Shown here: positions 1 through 10,073 of the stretch, in pieces
How positions within the stretch are numbered: position 1 is the first letter of the stretch
Layout of the letters: every line of letters starts with the position of its first letter
Assembly (NCBI RefSeq): GCF_947179015.1
Contig: NZ_CAMXCM010000001.1
Location: 233,387-297,386 of the forward strand
Origin: Commensalibacter communis
GTDB lineage: Bacteria > Pseudomonadota > Alphaproteobacteria > Acetobacterales > Acetobacteraceae
Direction: 5' to 3'
Length of the DNA: 64,000 nt
Translations under genes and position numbers: made by a program
The notes under the pieces: model-generated
Told to the model about the DNA's origin: nothing
Seen by the model: only the letters and a program-made list of their open reading frames with translations
The model's database searches: none

Positions 1-321
1 CATGGGACAGAACCCCCAGGTAGTAGCCCGCTCAATTATGAAACGCGCTCAGGGATTTATTATTGTGCAGGGTGTCATACGCCATTATTTCATGGGGATA
101 TGAAATATGATAGTGGTTGTGGTTGGCCAGCTTTTTTCACCGTTATCGATAATGCGGTTGAGACGGAAATCGATCATAGCCATCACATGGTAAGGACAGA
201 AGTTCATTGCGCAAAATGTAAAGCACATTTAGGGCATGTTTTTCCAGATGGTCCCCAACCAACGGGTGAGCGATATTGTATCAATGGAATTTCGTTGAAG
301 TTTAAAAAGGAAGAGTCTTAA
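1..321 (+). CDS. msrB: Peptide-methionine (R)-S-oxide reductase MsrB, C-terminal part (5' end lies outside window)
   Basis: Frame-1 translation from position 1 reads ...[28 protein letters not shown]...[10 protein letters not shown], the MsrB SelR-domain signature (CxxC zinc pair, catalytic GCGWP motif). Stop at 319-321. Confidence 0.85.
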   Translation, partial: HGTEPPGSSPLNYETRSGIYYCAGCHTPLFHGDMKYDSGCGWPAFFTVIDNAVETEIDHSHHMVRTEVHCAKCKAHLGHVFPDGPQPTGERYCINGISLKFKKEES

Positions 322-324
322 GTA

Positions 325-1509
325 TTAAGATATGTTTGAAAATGATTTTGATGTGTTTGCAATCAGCCAAAAACTTAACCCGATGATGGCAATGATGGAT
401 AACGCTAAAAAGGCTGTGCCATAATTACAATCTTTTGCAATGATGCCAGCAATAGAGGGGCTGAGGGCTGCACCGATTCCTTGAACTGTCATAATAATGC
501 CTATGCCCGTATTAATCCGTCCCGATCCATCAAGGATGCGAGCGGTTAAACCAGGCACGGCAACGCCCATCAATCCAGCACCGACACCATCCAGCATTTG
601 TACTGGGATTAAAATATCAGGATGTTGGATGAAACCAGCCAACAATCCTCTGACGGGTAAGGCAATTAAGGCAAAGATAAAAATAGATTTATAACCCTTT
701 GTTTGTGCGACTTTGGCAGCTAATAAAGCCATAGGAACCATTGTAAGTTGAGCAATAATAATAGTTAATGCTGTATAAGCTCCAGGATTGCCTGCAGTGC
801 CTCTGGCAACCATTGCTTGGCTTAATAAGGGGAGCATAGCAGCATTTGCTAAATGAAAAAAAGCAACGGTAATTGCGAGGACTATCATTGATCTCTTTTT
901 TAATAAATCCAAGATAGATTGAGGATCTTTATGTGTTTCACTTAGACCTCGGGCTGCTTGATAATTAATGTTTTTAGGGCGAATAAATTGAATGGTTATT
1001 ATAGATAATATTGTCCATACAATCATGAGGGCAAAAACAGCTTTTAATCCGAAATAATAACTAAAAACCCCAGCCATCATTGCTGAAAAAGCATTGCCAC
1101 CATGATTATAAGATTCATTGCGCCCCAGCTGATGATTGTATCCTTTTTGCCCAACCAATCCTAGGGTTATTGCATTAATCGCAGGCGGAATAGCAGCCCC
1201 AGCAATAGCTGCTAAAATTTGTGCCGATATAGTCATATAAAAAACAGGATAAAAATAATTTAAACAACACGCGAGAATAATAACTAATGCAGAAACAATA
1301 ATAACAGCGCGTTTAGCATGGATGATATCAGCCAAGGTACTAATAGGGGTAGTAACAATCATTCCTGTTAGACCACTGATGGTCATCACCCACCCAATTT
1401 GATCAACTTCCCAATGATGTTGTTGTAGAAATATAGCTAGAAAAGGCCCTAATCCATCCCTTACGTCTGATAGAAAAAAATTAAGAAGATTTAATGGGAG
1501 CAGGTTCAT
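325..1509 (-). CDS. Major facilitator superfamily transporter (12 predicted TM helices), substrate unknown
   Basis: 394 aa, uniformly hydrophobic with about 12 helices and a short cytoplasmic loop with basic residues in the middle (QFIRPKNINYQAARGL), which is typical MFS topology. Confidence 0.7.
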   Translation of the reverse strand: MNLLPLNLLNFFLSDVRDGLGPFLAIFLQQHHWEVDQIGWVMTISGLTGMIVTTPISTLADIIHAKRAVIIVSALVIILACCLNYFYPVFYMTISAQILAAIAGAAIPPAINAITLGLVGQKGYNHQLGRNESYNHGGNAFSAMMAGVFSYYFGLKAVFALMIVWTILSIITIQFIRPKNINYQAARGLSETHKDPQSILDLLKKRSMIVLAITVAFFHLANAAMLPLLSQAMVARGTAGNPGAYTALTIIIAQLTMVPMALLAAKVAQTKGYKSIFIFALIALPVRGLLAGFIQHPDILIPVQMLDGVGAGLMGVAVPGLTARILDGSGRINTGIGIIMTVQGIGAALSPSIAGIIAKDCNYGTAFLALSIIAIIGLSFWLIANTSKSFSNIS

Positions 1510-1772
1510 GATCGTTCTATAGAATATTAAATATATATAAAATGTTAATCTGTTTTCGAAATATTGAATAGAATATTATTTTGTTTGATGAGCATATATT
1601 ATACAATTTGTCGGCTTCAGATGATTCATCAAATGAGTAATAAATGACCGAGATAAATTCACAAGCTCAAGAACAAATCTGAAAGAAAATTATAGAATAT
1701 TTTTCTGATGAACTAAAGAGTTTTCCTAAGGAAATCAAGCTTGGTCTTGTTATAAACAAAGGTCGATATATT

Positions 1773-2441
1773 TTGAATTCCGAGCAAATTTATACGATAT
1801 TGGCACATATCTCAGATGATACGGGTATATCAACGGTTTTATTACGAAGTATTTTCCCATATAGTCGTTTTTTTATTACAACTAAAGTAGATATTTCTAT
1901 ATCATTTGGGGTATTCTGTTTAATTATTGCTTCGATCACTTTTTTTATAGATCGAGACAATAATATTTTCTTTTTTTTTGTTTTTTTATCATGTTTACTT
2001 TTTACATTTGCACTTTTAAAATTTATTATAATTAGTCTTATTAGAATTCTTAAACCAGTATTAACAATTGCATCGTTTATCAAGACTATTACTGTTATTA
2101 TTGATGAGCACCGTGATAAATTAACTTTTGGAATATCTATTCAAGATCGTCAAATATGGCGCACAAAGATTTATGAAATATGTTCTCGATATAAAAGTAT
2201 ATTTTGGTCAAAAGGCGAGTTTCTTCCTGCGTTGATCCTTCTTTTATCAGATCCTGACGGATATGCGTTATCGCTTATGATTGAGGAGTGCGCTGAAATA
2301 ATGTCGCTTCCTTTTGAAATAATTGATAGCTCAAGAATATATGAAAAATATACTGATCTTAATGAGGATCAGTTGTTAACCGTCGTGCATTTTGAAGACT
2401 TATTAATTGATTTTTGGGCAGAAAATCAAATAAAAAACTGA
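1773..2441 (+). CDS. Hypothetical small membrane protein in AT-rich spacer (doubtful gene)
   Basis: 222-aa ORF with two hydrophobic segments inside about 1 kb of very AT-rich DNA between the MFS gene and ilvA. An antisense ORF (1790-2083) overlaps it. No recognisable motif. Confidence 0.3.
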   Translation: MNSEQIYTILAHISDDTGISTVLLRSIFPYSRFFITTKVDISISFGVFCLIIASITFFIDRDNNIFFFFVFLSCLLFTFALLKFIIISLIRILKPVLTIASFIKTITVIIDEHRDKLTFGISIQDRQIWRTKIYEICSRYKSIFWSKGEFLPALILLLSDPDGYALSLMIEECAEIMSLPFEIIDSSRIYEKYTDLNEDQLLTVVHFEDLLIDFWAENQIKN

Positions 2442-2567
2442 CTAAGCTCTATGCGCGATTTGTTATAATAAATCAATTATAAATTAAAATATTTTCGTAA
2501 AATTAAAAATTAATCGGATCAACAAAGTAGCTTAATAAACTATTTTTTTGTTGATCCAAATGGATGG

Positions 2568-3767
2568 TTAAACTCGTTCGACTTTGTATTTAGCTTGCAA
2601 ACATTCGACAATTTCTTGAGAATGTTCTGCACTGCGTGCTTCAATCATAATTTCTAGTACGGCTGATTGCACGCTGGACGTCGTAAATAAACGTTGATGA
2701 GAAACTTCGATAATATTACCGTTCATTTCTGTGCCGATAATATGAGAAATATCAGCCAATACACCAGGACGATCAGGAATAAAGAACCGTAATCTTAGCA
2801 AACGTCCTTCACGTAATAGGGTACGTAGCAATGTGTTGGCTAAGATACGTGTATCAATATTAGCACCACTGATAGGGAAAGCAATATTCTTATTTTTGAA
2901 ACGCTCTGGATAAGTTAAAATCGCAGCTAAAGCATTGGCTCCAGATCCTTCAGTGACTTGTTTAGCGTGTTCGGCAGTTAATGTAATGGCATCTTCAATC
3001 GCCTGTTCAGGAACGGAGATAATATCATGCACATGCTTTTTAATGACTTCGAACGGATATTGTCCTAATTTCCGAACAGCTGTTCCTTCGGCGATAGTGG
3101 CTCCGCCTAAAACAGGTAAATCTTTGTTTTGTGCCATGGAATAAGAAAAGAACTGCTCACTTTGCACGCCAATTACTTTGGTATATGGACGTAACGCAGC
3201 AGCAGCAATTGCAAACCCTGAAATTAATCCACCGCCACCTACGGGAACAAGTAAATAATCAAGTTCACCGGCATCTTCAAAAATTTCCAATGCCGCTGTG
3301 CCTTGCCCAGCCATAACAGCTGGATCGTCATAAGGATGAACAAAAATACGCCCTTCTTTGGCAGCTAATTCATCAGCGAATAAAGAGGCTTGGGCAAAAT
3401 CTTCGCCTTCTAGGATAATTCTTGCGCCCCATGCAGCGGTTCGATTGACTTTTGCAACGGGGGTAAATTTCGGCATAACGATAATGGCATCAATACCCAT
3501 TACTTGTGAATGACGAGCAACCCCCTGAGCATGATTACCAGCAGAAACGGTGATTACACCACGTTTCTTTTCTTCTTCAGTCAGCATTGCCAAACGATTA
3601 GCAGCACCACGTTCTTTAAAAGAACCGACAGACTGTAAGTTTTCAAGTTTTAATGTAAGATTAGCACCCACGCGCTTTGACAAAGATTGACAAGCAATGG
3701 TTGGAGTACGGGTGACGCGACCTTTGATCCGTTCTGCGGCAGCATAGATATCATCGATAGAAAGCAT
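2568..3767 (-). CDS. ilvA: Threonine ammonia-lyase (PLP-dependent, single C-terminal regulatory domain)
   Basis: PLP-lysine motif SVGSFKERGA, glycine-rich loop VGGGGLISG, and a C-terminal ACT-like domain of about 80 aa. 399 aa. Confidence 0.85.
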   Translation of the reverse strand: MLSIDDIYAAAERIKGRVTRTPTIACQSLSKRVGANLTLKLENLQSVGSFKERGAANRLAMLTEEEKKRGVITVSAGNHAQGVARHSQVMGIDAIIVMPKFTPVAKVNRTAAWGARIILEGEDFAQASLFADELAAKEGRIFVHPYDDPAVMAGQGTAALEIFEDAGELDYLLVPVGGGGLISGFAIAAAALRPYTKVIGVQSEQFFSYSMAQNKDLPVLGGATIAEGTAVRKLGQYPFEVIKKHVHDIISVPEQAIEDAITLTAEHAKQVTEGSGANALAAILTYPERFKNKNIAFPISGANIDTRILANTLLRTLLREGRLLRLRFFIPDRPGVLADISHIIGTEMNGNIIEVSHQRLFTTSSVQSAVLEIMIEARSAEHSQEIVECLQAKYKVERV

Positions 3768-3782
3768 TATTTTTAACCAGAC

Positions 3783-4259
3783 CTAGGCACCATAAGTAAT
3801 ATCAAGGATTTCATAAGAGCGGTCTCCACCTGGTGCAGGAACGGAAACTGTTGATCCTTTTTCTTTTCCAATTAAGGCTTTTGCCAATGGTGACGAAATA
3901 GAAAGCAACCCCTGTTTGATATCTGCTTCATGAACACCGACAATTTGATATGTCATTTCTTTGTCGGTTTCTTCGTCGACCAACACTACTTTAGCACCAA
4001 ATTTGATAGTGCTTCCTGAAAGTGTAGAGGGGTCGATGACTTGTGCAGAAGAAATAATTTGCTCAAGTTCTAAAATACGTCCTTCAGTAAAAGATTGACG
4101 ATCACGAGCAGCGTCATATTCTGCGTTTTCAGATAAATCACCATGGCTGCGTGCTTCAGCGATCGCACGAATAATTTCAGGGCGTTCTTTATCTTTAAGG
4201 CGACGAAGCTCTTCTTCCAGACGTTGAAGCCCTTGTGCCGTCATTGGAAATTTTTGCAA
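3783..4259 (-). CDS. greA: Transcription elongation factor GreA
   Basis: N-terminus MQKFPMTAQGLQRLEEEL...DLSENAEYDAAR closely parallels E. coli GreA (MQAIPMT...DLKENAEYHAAR). 158 aa. Confidence 0.9.
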   Translation of the reverse strand: MQKFPMTAQGLQRLEEELRRLKDKERPEIIRAIAEARSHGDLSENAEYDAARDRQSFTEGRILELEQIISSAQVIDPSTLSGSTIKFGAKVVLVDEETDKEMTYQIVGVHEADIKQGLLSISSPLAKALIGKEKGSTVSVPAPGGDRSYEILDITYGA

Positions 4260-4427
4260 GATTTACTATCCTTTAAAAAACGAACAAGAAGATACTATAC
4301 CGAAAATCAATATAATAATAAATAACTTTCTACGGAAACGAAGTAATGATTATCAAAATATTATTTATTGTTCAATAAATATGAAATATATCTGTAAAAT
4401 ATAGATTATAGAATAGGATTACAAAAG

Positions 4428-5516
4428 ATGCAGTATCCGATAGTTGTGGGGCTTGTTGGTTTAGGAATAGGGCTGAGTTCAGTAACATATGCTGATAAAG
4501 TTGCGTATCCTAGTTTTGAGTATAAAGATTGGCAAATCGTTTGCGATAACACTCGTACATGTCGTGCCGCGGGATATTCTGCTGAAGAGGCTTCAAATCG
4601 TGTGAGTATCCTGTTAACCAGAAAGGCGGGTGTAGGGCAAGATGTATCAGTCAAAGTAAAATTTTCAGACATTTCTGATGATGGTAGTACTATTAACGAG
4701 CCTCATATAATTACCTTGAATATCAATAATCATTCTTATGGTGTAATTGGTAAGGTCATTAGTACAGAAGATAGAGCCCATTCATTAAATAAAACCCAGA
4801 CAGATGCTTTAACCAAAGCGTTAAAAGGTACATCAACAATCACATTTATTGGTGAGGGCAAAGAGTGGGTTCTGTCAGGGAACGGAGCTGCGGCGACCTT
4901 ATTAAAAATGGATGATATTCAAGGACGTGTTGGAACGCCATCTGCGTTGATCAAAAAAGGCGCTAAGTCAGAGGATAGTGTTTTACCCGCACTGGCTCAG
5001 CCTGTTATTCACCAACAACCTATTCCAAAAGAAGAACCAAAATTATGGCAAAGCAAAATTGATTGGAATATATTGAAAAAAGAGCTTCTTAGAGACAAGA
5101 CATTCGAAGATGATGATCGTTGTGAGTTATTAACTGAAAAAGATACAAATTTAGGAAAGTTTGAGCCCCATGTTGTTGTGGTATTATCTCATAAACGTCT
5201 ATTGGTTAGTGGTCTATGTTGGCGGGCGGCTTATAATGAGGGATATGGGTATTGGATTATTCAACAACAACAACCTTATAAACCTCAATTGATCACAACG
5301 ATGGCAGATGTTACGTTGGAAGGTGACTTTAAAAAGAACAACACAATTGACTCTTTTATGAAGGGCAGAGGGCTTAGTGATTGTATATCTCGTATGTCTT
5401 GGGTATGGGATGGAGAGAATTTTGTTAAAACCTATGACGGTAACTCTGGAATGTGTCGGATGATCACTCTTGGTGGGGCATGGGATTTGCCAAGTTATAT
5501 TGCCAAAGTTCAGTGA
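4428..5516 (+). CDS. Secreted protein of unknown function (DUF1176-like; conserved Cys pair near N-terminus)
   Basis: Signal peptide MQYPIVVGLVGLGIGLSSVTYA, then WQIVCDNTRTCRAAGY. 362 aa with no catalytic motifs. Confidence 0.55.
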   Translation: MQYPIVVGLVGLGIGLSSVTYADKVAYPSFEYKDWQIVCDNTRTCRAAGYSAEEASNRVSILLTRKAGVGQDVSVKVKFSDISDDGSTINEPHIITLNINNHSYGVIGKVISTEDRAHSLNKTQTDALTKALKGTSTITFIGEGKEWVLSGNGAAATLLKMDDIQGRVGTPSALIKKGAKSEDSVLPALAQPVIHQQPIPKEEPKLWQSKIDWNILKKELLRDKTFEDDDRCELLTEKDTNLGKFEPHVVVVLSHKRLLVSGLCWRAAYNEGYGYWIIQQQQPYKPQLITTMADVTLEGDFKKNNTIDSFMKGRGLSDCISRMSWVWDGENFVKTYDGNSGMCRMITLGGAWDLPSYIAKVQ

Positions 5517-5526
5517 GTTTTATAAA

Positions 5527-6063
5527 ATGACATCGTTAAAATGGTCTACTTATTCTGAACTATCAACGCAGCTTTCGAATATAGAAATTGATTGGTTGTT
5601 TAATCAAGGATCATTGACTAAACGTTTGGTTGAACTTAGCGACAACCAATTTTCTCTTGAAATATTATCCGAAAAAACACAAAAGTTGCGGCAAGATGAA
5701 TGTGATTATTTAAATATATCTTCTTCATCACAACAGAGCGTAAGAGAAGTGCTTTTGAAGGGAAAAGAAATTCCTTGGGTCTATGCGCGAAGTATCATTC
5801 TTTGCAATAATATAGATCAAAATGATACAAGCATATTAATTAATATAGGCACGAACCCACTCGGTTCGATTTTATTTGAAAAAGATCAATTTGATCGCTC
5901 TGTTATAGAAGTAACAAAATACCCAGCTAACCTTTTATCATTTGAGCATTCCGATAATGATTTATGGGCTAGACGCTCAAAATTTAATAGTGATACGCAC
6001 ATTGTCTTGGTACAAGAAATATTTTTATCCGATATTTGGAGAGTTATACAATCTATAAAATAA
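5527..6063 (+). CDS. Chorismate pyruvate-lyase (UbiC) family protein
   Basis: WLFNQGSLTKRL ... SVREVLLKGKEIPWVYARSI matches the UbiC pattern (W..xGSLTxRL ... REV.L.....PwvyArS). Start chosen at the internal Met MTSLKW, which gives 178 aa. Confidence 0.6.
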   Translation: MTSLKWSTYSELSTQLSNIEIDWLFNQGSLTKRLVELSDNQFSLEILSEKTQKLRQDECDYLNISSSSQQSVREVLLKGKEIPWVYARSIILCNNIDQNDTSILINIGTNPLGSILFEKDQFDRSVIEVTKYPANLLSFEHSDNDLWARRSKFNSDTHIVLVQEIFLSDIWRVIQSIK

Positions 6064-6104
6064 TGGATGATTGCATCATCATTTTATAGATTAGAAATTA
6101 GTTA

Positions 6105-6611
6105 TTACACTAAATTATTCGGGAAATCTGCTGGTAACTCATTTGCAGCACAATTAATAACATCTTCATTATCGATCCCACGATCTTTAATAAAAGTAAT
6201 ATTAGCAAACTCATCAATAATTTCGATTGGATAGGTTGGTCCAGCTTCACGATAAAATTCCATCAAAGGCAAATTATCATTTTGAAAGCCTCTAGTTCTT
6301 TCGGGATGATTTAAAATCCAGCGAGGAAAAAATATGGTTCCTTGGTAAAAATTATCCTTTAGATTAATGATTATGCTGACATTGGTTCCTGTGGGTTCCG
6401 TCCAAGAAATTTTACATATTTCTGCAGCAATTCTGGCAATATGTACAGATTGACTTTTAACCCATCGTTGCCCGATAAGACCATTATGAATGCGATAATC
6501 GACGATGTTTTCGTTTTTGATATAAAGTTCGTAATTCCAACCATTATCATAGGTAAAAATTAATTGTCTACCAAGAAAATGTGAAAGATCTTTTCTATCA
6601 AAATGAGGCAT
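6105..6611 (-). CDS. padC: Phenolic (hydroxycinnamic) acid decarboxylase
   Basis: 168 aa. HFLGRQLIFTYDNGWNYELYIKNENIVDYRIHNGLIGQRWV...WTEPTGT...IFFPRW mirrors Bacillus/Lactobacillus PadC nearly position-for-position. Confidence 0.8.
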   Translation of the reverse strand: MPHFDRKDLSHFLGRQLIFTYDNGWNYELYIKNENIVDYRIHNGLIGQRWVKSQSVHIARIAAEICKISWTEPTGTNVSIIINLKDNFYQGTIFFPRWILNHPERTRGFQNDNLPLMEFYREAGPTYPIEIIDEFANITFIKDRGIDNEDVINCAANELPADFPNNLV

Positions 6612-6815
6612 GGAGATTTCCTTTAGTATTACCAGATCAAAAACATATAATAGAATTAGCTATTAGATTGTGTAATTATATTCAAATTACAATAGTTTGG
6701 TTAGTGAAATATCTTAGCTAAGCGCATTTTTGAGATAAATTGATAGCAATCTCTTACGAAATTTAAAAGAACAACAACTTTCACGAAAGGGATAGTTGTT
6801 GTTCTTATATTTATC

Positions 6816-9800
6816 TTAATGTTTAAAATAAGATTGTAAAGGCGCTACGTCCAATTGTCCAGCGCGCAATGCAGAAATCGCATGAACGGCAGCAATTGCT
6901 CCAGCCATTGTTGTATAATATGGTATGGCATGGGTTAACGCAGAATGACGAATATCAAAACTATCCGCAGTGGCTTGTGCTCCTTGAACAGTGTTGATAA
7001 TCAGTTGAACCTCGCCTGAAAGGATGGCGTCAATGCAGTGGGGACGACCTTCAAGCACTTTATTCACGATCTTTGCTTCGATGCCAGCTTGCTTTAAGGT
7101 TTCCGCGGTTCCTCGAGTTGCAAGAATTGTAAAGCCCATTTCTGTTAGCTTACGTCCTATTGAGGGTAAAGATACACGATCGTTATGACGAACAGATAGG
7201 AATACATTGCCAGATAAAGGCAAGGTAACCCCTGCGCCAAGCTGAGATTTTGCAAAAGCGCGTTCGAAAGATGTATCAATACCCATAACTTCACCCGTTG
7301 AACGCATTTCTGGACCTAGGATGATGTCAACATTGGGGAAACGTGCAAATGGGAAAACAGCTTCTTTAACAGCCACATGACCCGAAGATGAACGTTCAGT
7401 CAAATTGAATGATTTCAATTTCTCACCCGCCATTACTCGAGCCCCAATTTTAGCAACAGGAACACCCGTCGCTTTCGCCACAAAAGGAACGGTTCTGGAT
7501 GCACGAGGATTAACTTCTAAGATGAAAATTTCATTATTCTTAATAGCATACTGAACATTCATCAGCCCAACAATGCCTAATGCTTTAGCGAGGGTTGATG
7601 TTTGTGCTTTCAGCTCAGTTACGACGGAAGGCGCCAAAGTATATGGCGGGATCGAGCAAGCGCTGTCGCCAGAATGGATGCCTGCTTGTTCGATATGTTC
7701 CATAACACCAGCAACATATACATCTTCGCCATCCGCCAAACAATCGACATCCGTTTCAATAGCATCACTCAGGTACTGATCGATTAATAATGGACCAGAG
7801 CTGACATCGATACCGGCTGATTGCAGAACATCACGTAAATAACGATGTAAGCTATTTTTATCATAAACAATTTCCATCGCACGTCCACCAAGAACATAAG
7901 AGGGACGCACAACGACAGGATAGCCAATTTCTTCAGCGATTGCTTCTGCTTCGTCACCATTGCGAGCAATGCCGTTTAACGGTTGACGTAATCCTAATTT
8001 TTTCAGTAAAACTTGGAAACGTTCACGATCTTCAGCTAAATCAATCGCATCTGCAGGCGTGCCAAGTAATGGAATATTGGCTTCTTCAAGGGCTTTTGAA
8101 AGTTTTAACGGGGTTTGACCACCATATTGAACAATACAGCCTTTGACAGTGCCATTTTCTTGTTCACGACGGATTAAAGAGATTACATCTTCATTCGTTA
8201 AAGGTTCGAAATATAACCGATCGGAAGTGTCATAATCTGTTGAAACGGTTTCAGGATTACAGTTGACCATGATGGTTTCATAGCCAGCTTCTCTGAGTGC
8301 ATAAGAGGCATGAACACAGCAATAATCGAATTCAATCCCTTGCCCAATACGGTTGGGGCCACCACCCAAGATAATGATTTTTTCACGATCTGTTGGGTTG
8401 CTTTCACAAACAGGTGTATTGAAGCTACCTTCATAGGTGGAATACATATAAGAAGTCGAAGAAGCGAACTCGCCAGCACAAGTATCAATCCGTTTATATA
8501 CTGGCATGACTTTAAGATTGGCACGGTGTTGTGCAATATCTGCTTCTGTTTTATTTGTAAATTGTGCTAGTTGTTTATCAGAGAACCCAAGCGCTTTGAT
8601 CGCTCTGAGTTTATAAGTATCATTGGGTAATCCATTGGCTTGGATTTCTTTTTCAACGTAGATAATTTTTGCAAGCTCACGTAAGAACCAAGGATCTAAA
8701 CGACATGCTTCGTGAATGCTTTCCAAAGAGATGCCTGCACGAATAGCTTGTGCTGCCATTAAAATACGATTAGGGCGGGGCTGAGAAAGCGCGCCGCGGA
8801 ATGAATCGATATCTCCATCGCCAGGAATCTCAACAGAATCAAGCCCAGAAAGGCCAATTTCCATTGAACGTAGCCCTTTTTGTAAGGCTTCTGGGAAAGA
8901 TCGACCAATCGCCATGGCTTCACCAACAGATTTCATGCTGGTGCTCAATAATGCTGGTGTTCCAGGGAATTTTTCGAATGTAAAACGCGGTATCTTAACA
9001 ACGACATAATCGATTGTAGGTTCAAAAGAGGCTGGGGTTGTTTTGGTAATATCGTTTTTAAGTTCGTCCAGCGTATAACCAATCGCCAACTTGGCAGCAA
9101 TCTTAGCAATTGGGAACCCTGTTGCTTTGGAAGCAAGTGCTGATGAGCGTGACACGCGAGGATTCATTTCGATCACAACCATACGGCCATCAACGGGATT
9201 TAACCCGAACTGAACATTTGATCCACCAGTATCCACACCAATCGCACGTAAACATGCAATCGATGCGTCACGCATGCGTTGATATTCTTTATCTGTCAAC
9301 GTTAACGCAGGCGCGACGGTGATTGAATCACCTGTATGGATCCCCATCGGATCAATATTTTCGATGGAGCAAATAATAATACAATTATCCGCGGTATCGC
9401 GAACAACTTCCATCTCGAATTCTTTCCAACCTAAGATACTTTCTTCGATCAGCACTTCTGTTGTTGGGGATGCATCCAGACCAGAGGTTACAATTTGTTC
9501 GAACTCGTCTTTATTATAGGCAATACCGCCGCCAGAACCGCCAAGCGTAAAAGAGGGGCGAATAACAGCGGGAAGACCTGTGAACTTTAATGCTTCTCTG
9601 GCTTCTTCAATAGTATGTGCAATGGTGCTGCGAGGACTTTCAATCCCAATTTTTTCCATGGTTTCGCGGAATTTTAAACGATCTTCAGCACGATCAATCA
9701 CGTCTGCTTTGGCACCAATTAGCTCAACATTATGTTTTGCCAAGAACCCAGATTTATCCAACGCCATTGCTGTATTCAAAGCAGTTTGCCCACCCATGGT

Positions 9801-10064
9801 TGGCAGGATCGCATCTGGTTTTTCTTTGAGAATAATTTTTTCGACGGTTTCTGGCGTAATAGGCTCGATATAAGTCGCATCGGCCATATCAGGATCAGTC
9901 ATGATCGTGGCGGGGTTAGAATTCACCAAAATCACGCGATAGCCTTCTTCTCTCAACGCTTTACAAGCCTGAGCACCAGAATAATCGAATTCACATGCCT
10001 GACCGATCACAATCGGTCCAGCACCAATAATCATAATAGAGGATATGTCTGTCCGTTTAGGCAT
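6816..10064 (-). CDS. carB: Carbamoyl-phosphate synthase large subunit
   Basis: 1082 aa with duplicated ATP-grasp halves (two [15 protein letters not shown] / [16 protein letters not shown] motifs) and an MGS-like C-terminal domain. Confidence 0.95.
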   Translation of the reverse strand: MPKRTDISSIMIIGAGPIVIGQACEFDYSGAQACKALREEGYRVILVNSNPATIMTDPDMADATYIEPITPETVEKIILKEKPDAILPTMGGQTALNTAMALDKSGFLAKHNVELIGAKADVIDRAEDRLKFRETMEKIGIESPRSTIAHTIEEAREALKFTGLPAVIRPSFTLGGSGGGIAYNKDEFEQIVTSGLDASPTTEVLIEESILGWKEFEMEVVRDTADNCIIICSIENIDPMGIHTGDSITVAPALTLTDKEYQRMRDASIACLRAIGVDTGGSNVQFGLNPVDGRMVVIEMNPRVSRSSALASKATGFPIAKIAAKLAIGYTLDELKNDITKTTPASFEPTIDYVVVKIPRFTFEKFPGTPALLSTSMKSVGEAMAIGRSFPEALQKGLRSMEIGLSGLDSVEIPGDGDIDSFRGALSQPRPNRILMAAQAIRAGISLESIHEACRLDPWFLRELAKIIYVEKEIQANGLPNDTYKLRAIKALGFSDKQLAQFTNKTEADIAQHRANLKVMPVYKRIDTCAGEFASSTSYMYSTYEGSFNTPVCESNPTDREKIIILGGGPNRIGQGIEFDYCCVHASYALREAGYETIMVNCNPETVSTDYDTSDRLYFEPLTNEDVISLIRREQENGTVKGCIVQYGGQTPLKLSKALEEANIPLLGTPADAIDLAEDRERFQVLLKKLGLRQPLNGIARNGDEAEAIAEEIGYPVVVRPSYVLGGRAMEIVYDKNSLHRYLRDVLQSAGIDVSSGPLLIDQYLSDAIETDVDCLADGEDVYVAGVMEHIEQAGIHSGDSACSIPPYTLAPSVVTELKAQTSTLAKALGIVGLMNVQYAIKNNEIFILEVNPRASRTVPFVAKATGVPVAKIGARVMAGEKLKSFNLTERSSSGHVAVKEAVFPFARFPNVDIILGPEMRSTGEVMGIDTSFERAFAKSQLGAGVTLPLSGNVFLSVRHNDRVSLPSIGRKLTEMGFTILATRGTAETLKQAGIEAKIVNKVLEGRPHCIDAILSGEVQLIINTVQGAQATADSFDIRHSALTHAIPYYTTMAGAIAAVHAISALRAGQLDVAPLQSYFKH

Positions 10065-10073
10065 AGGAACACC

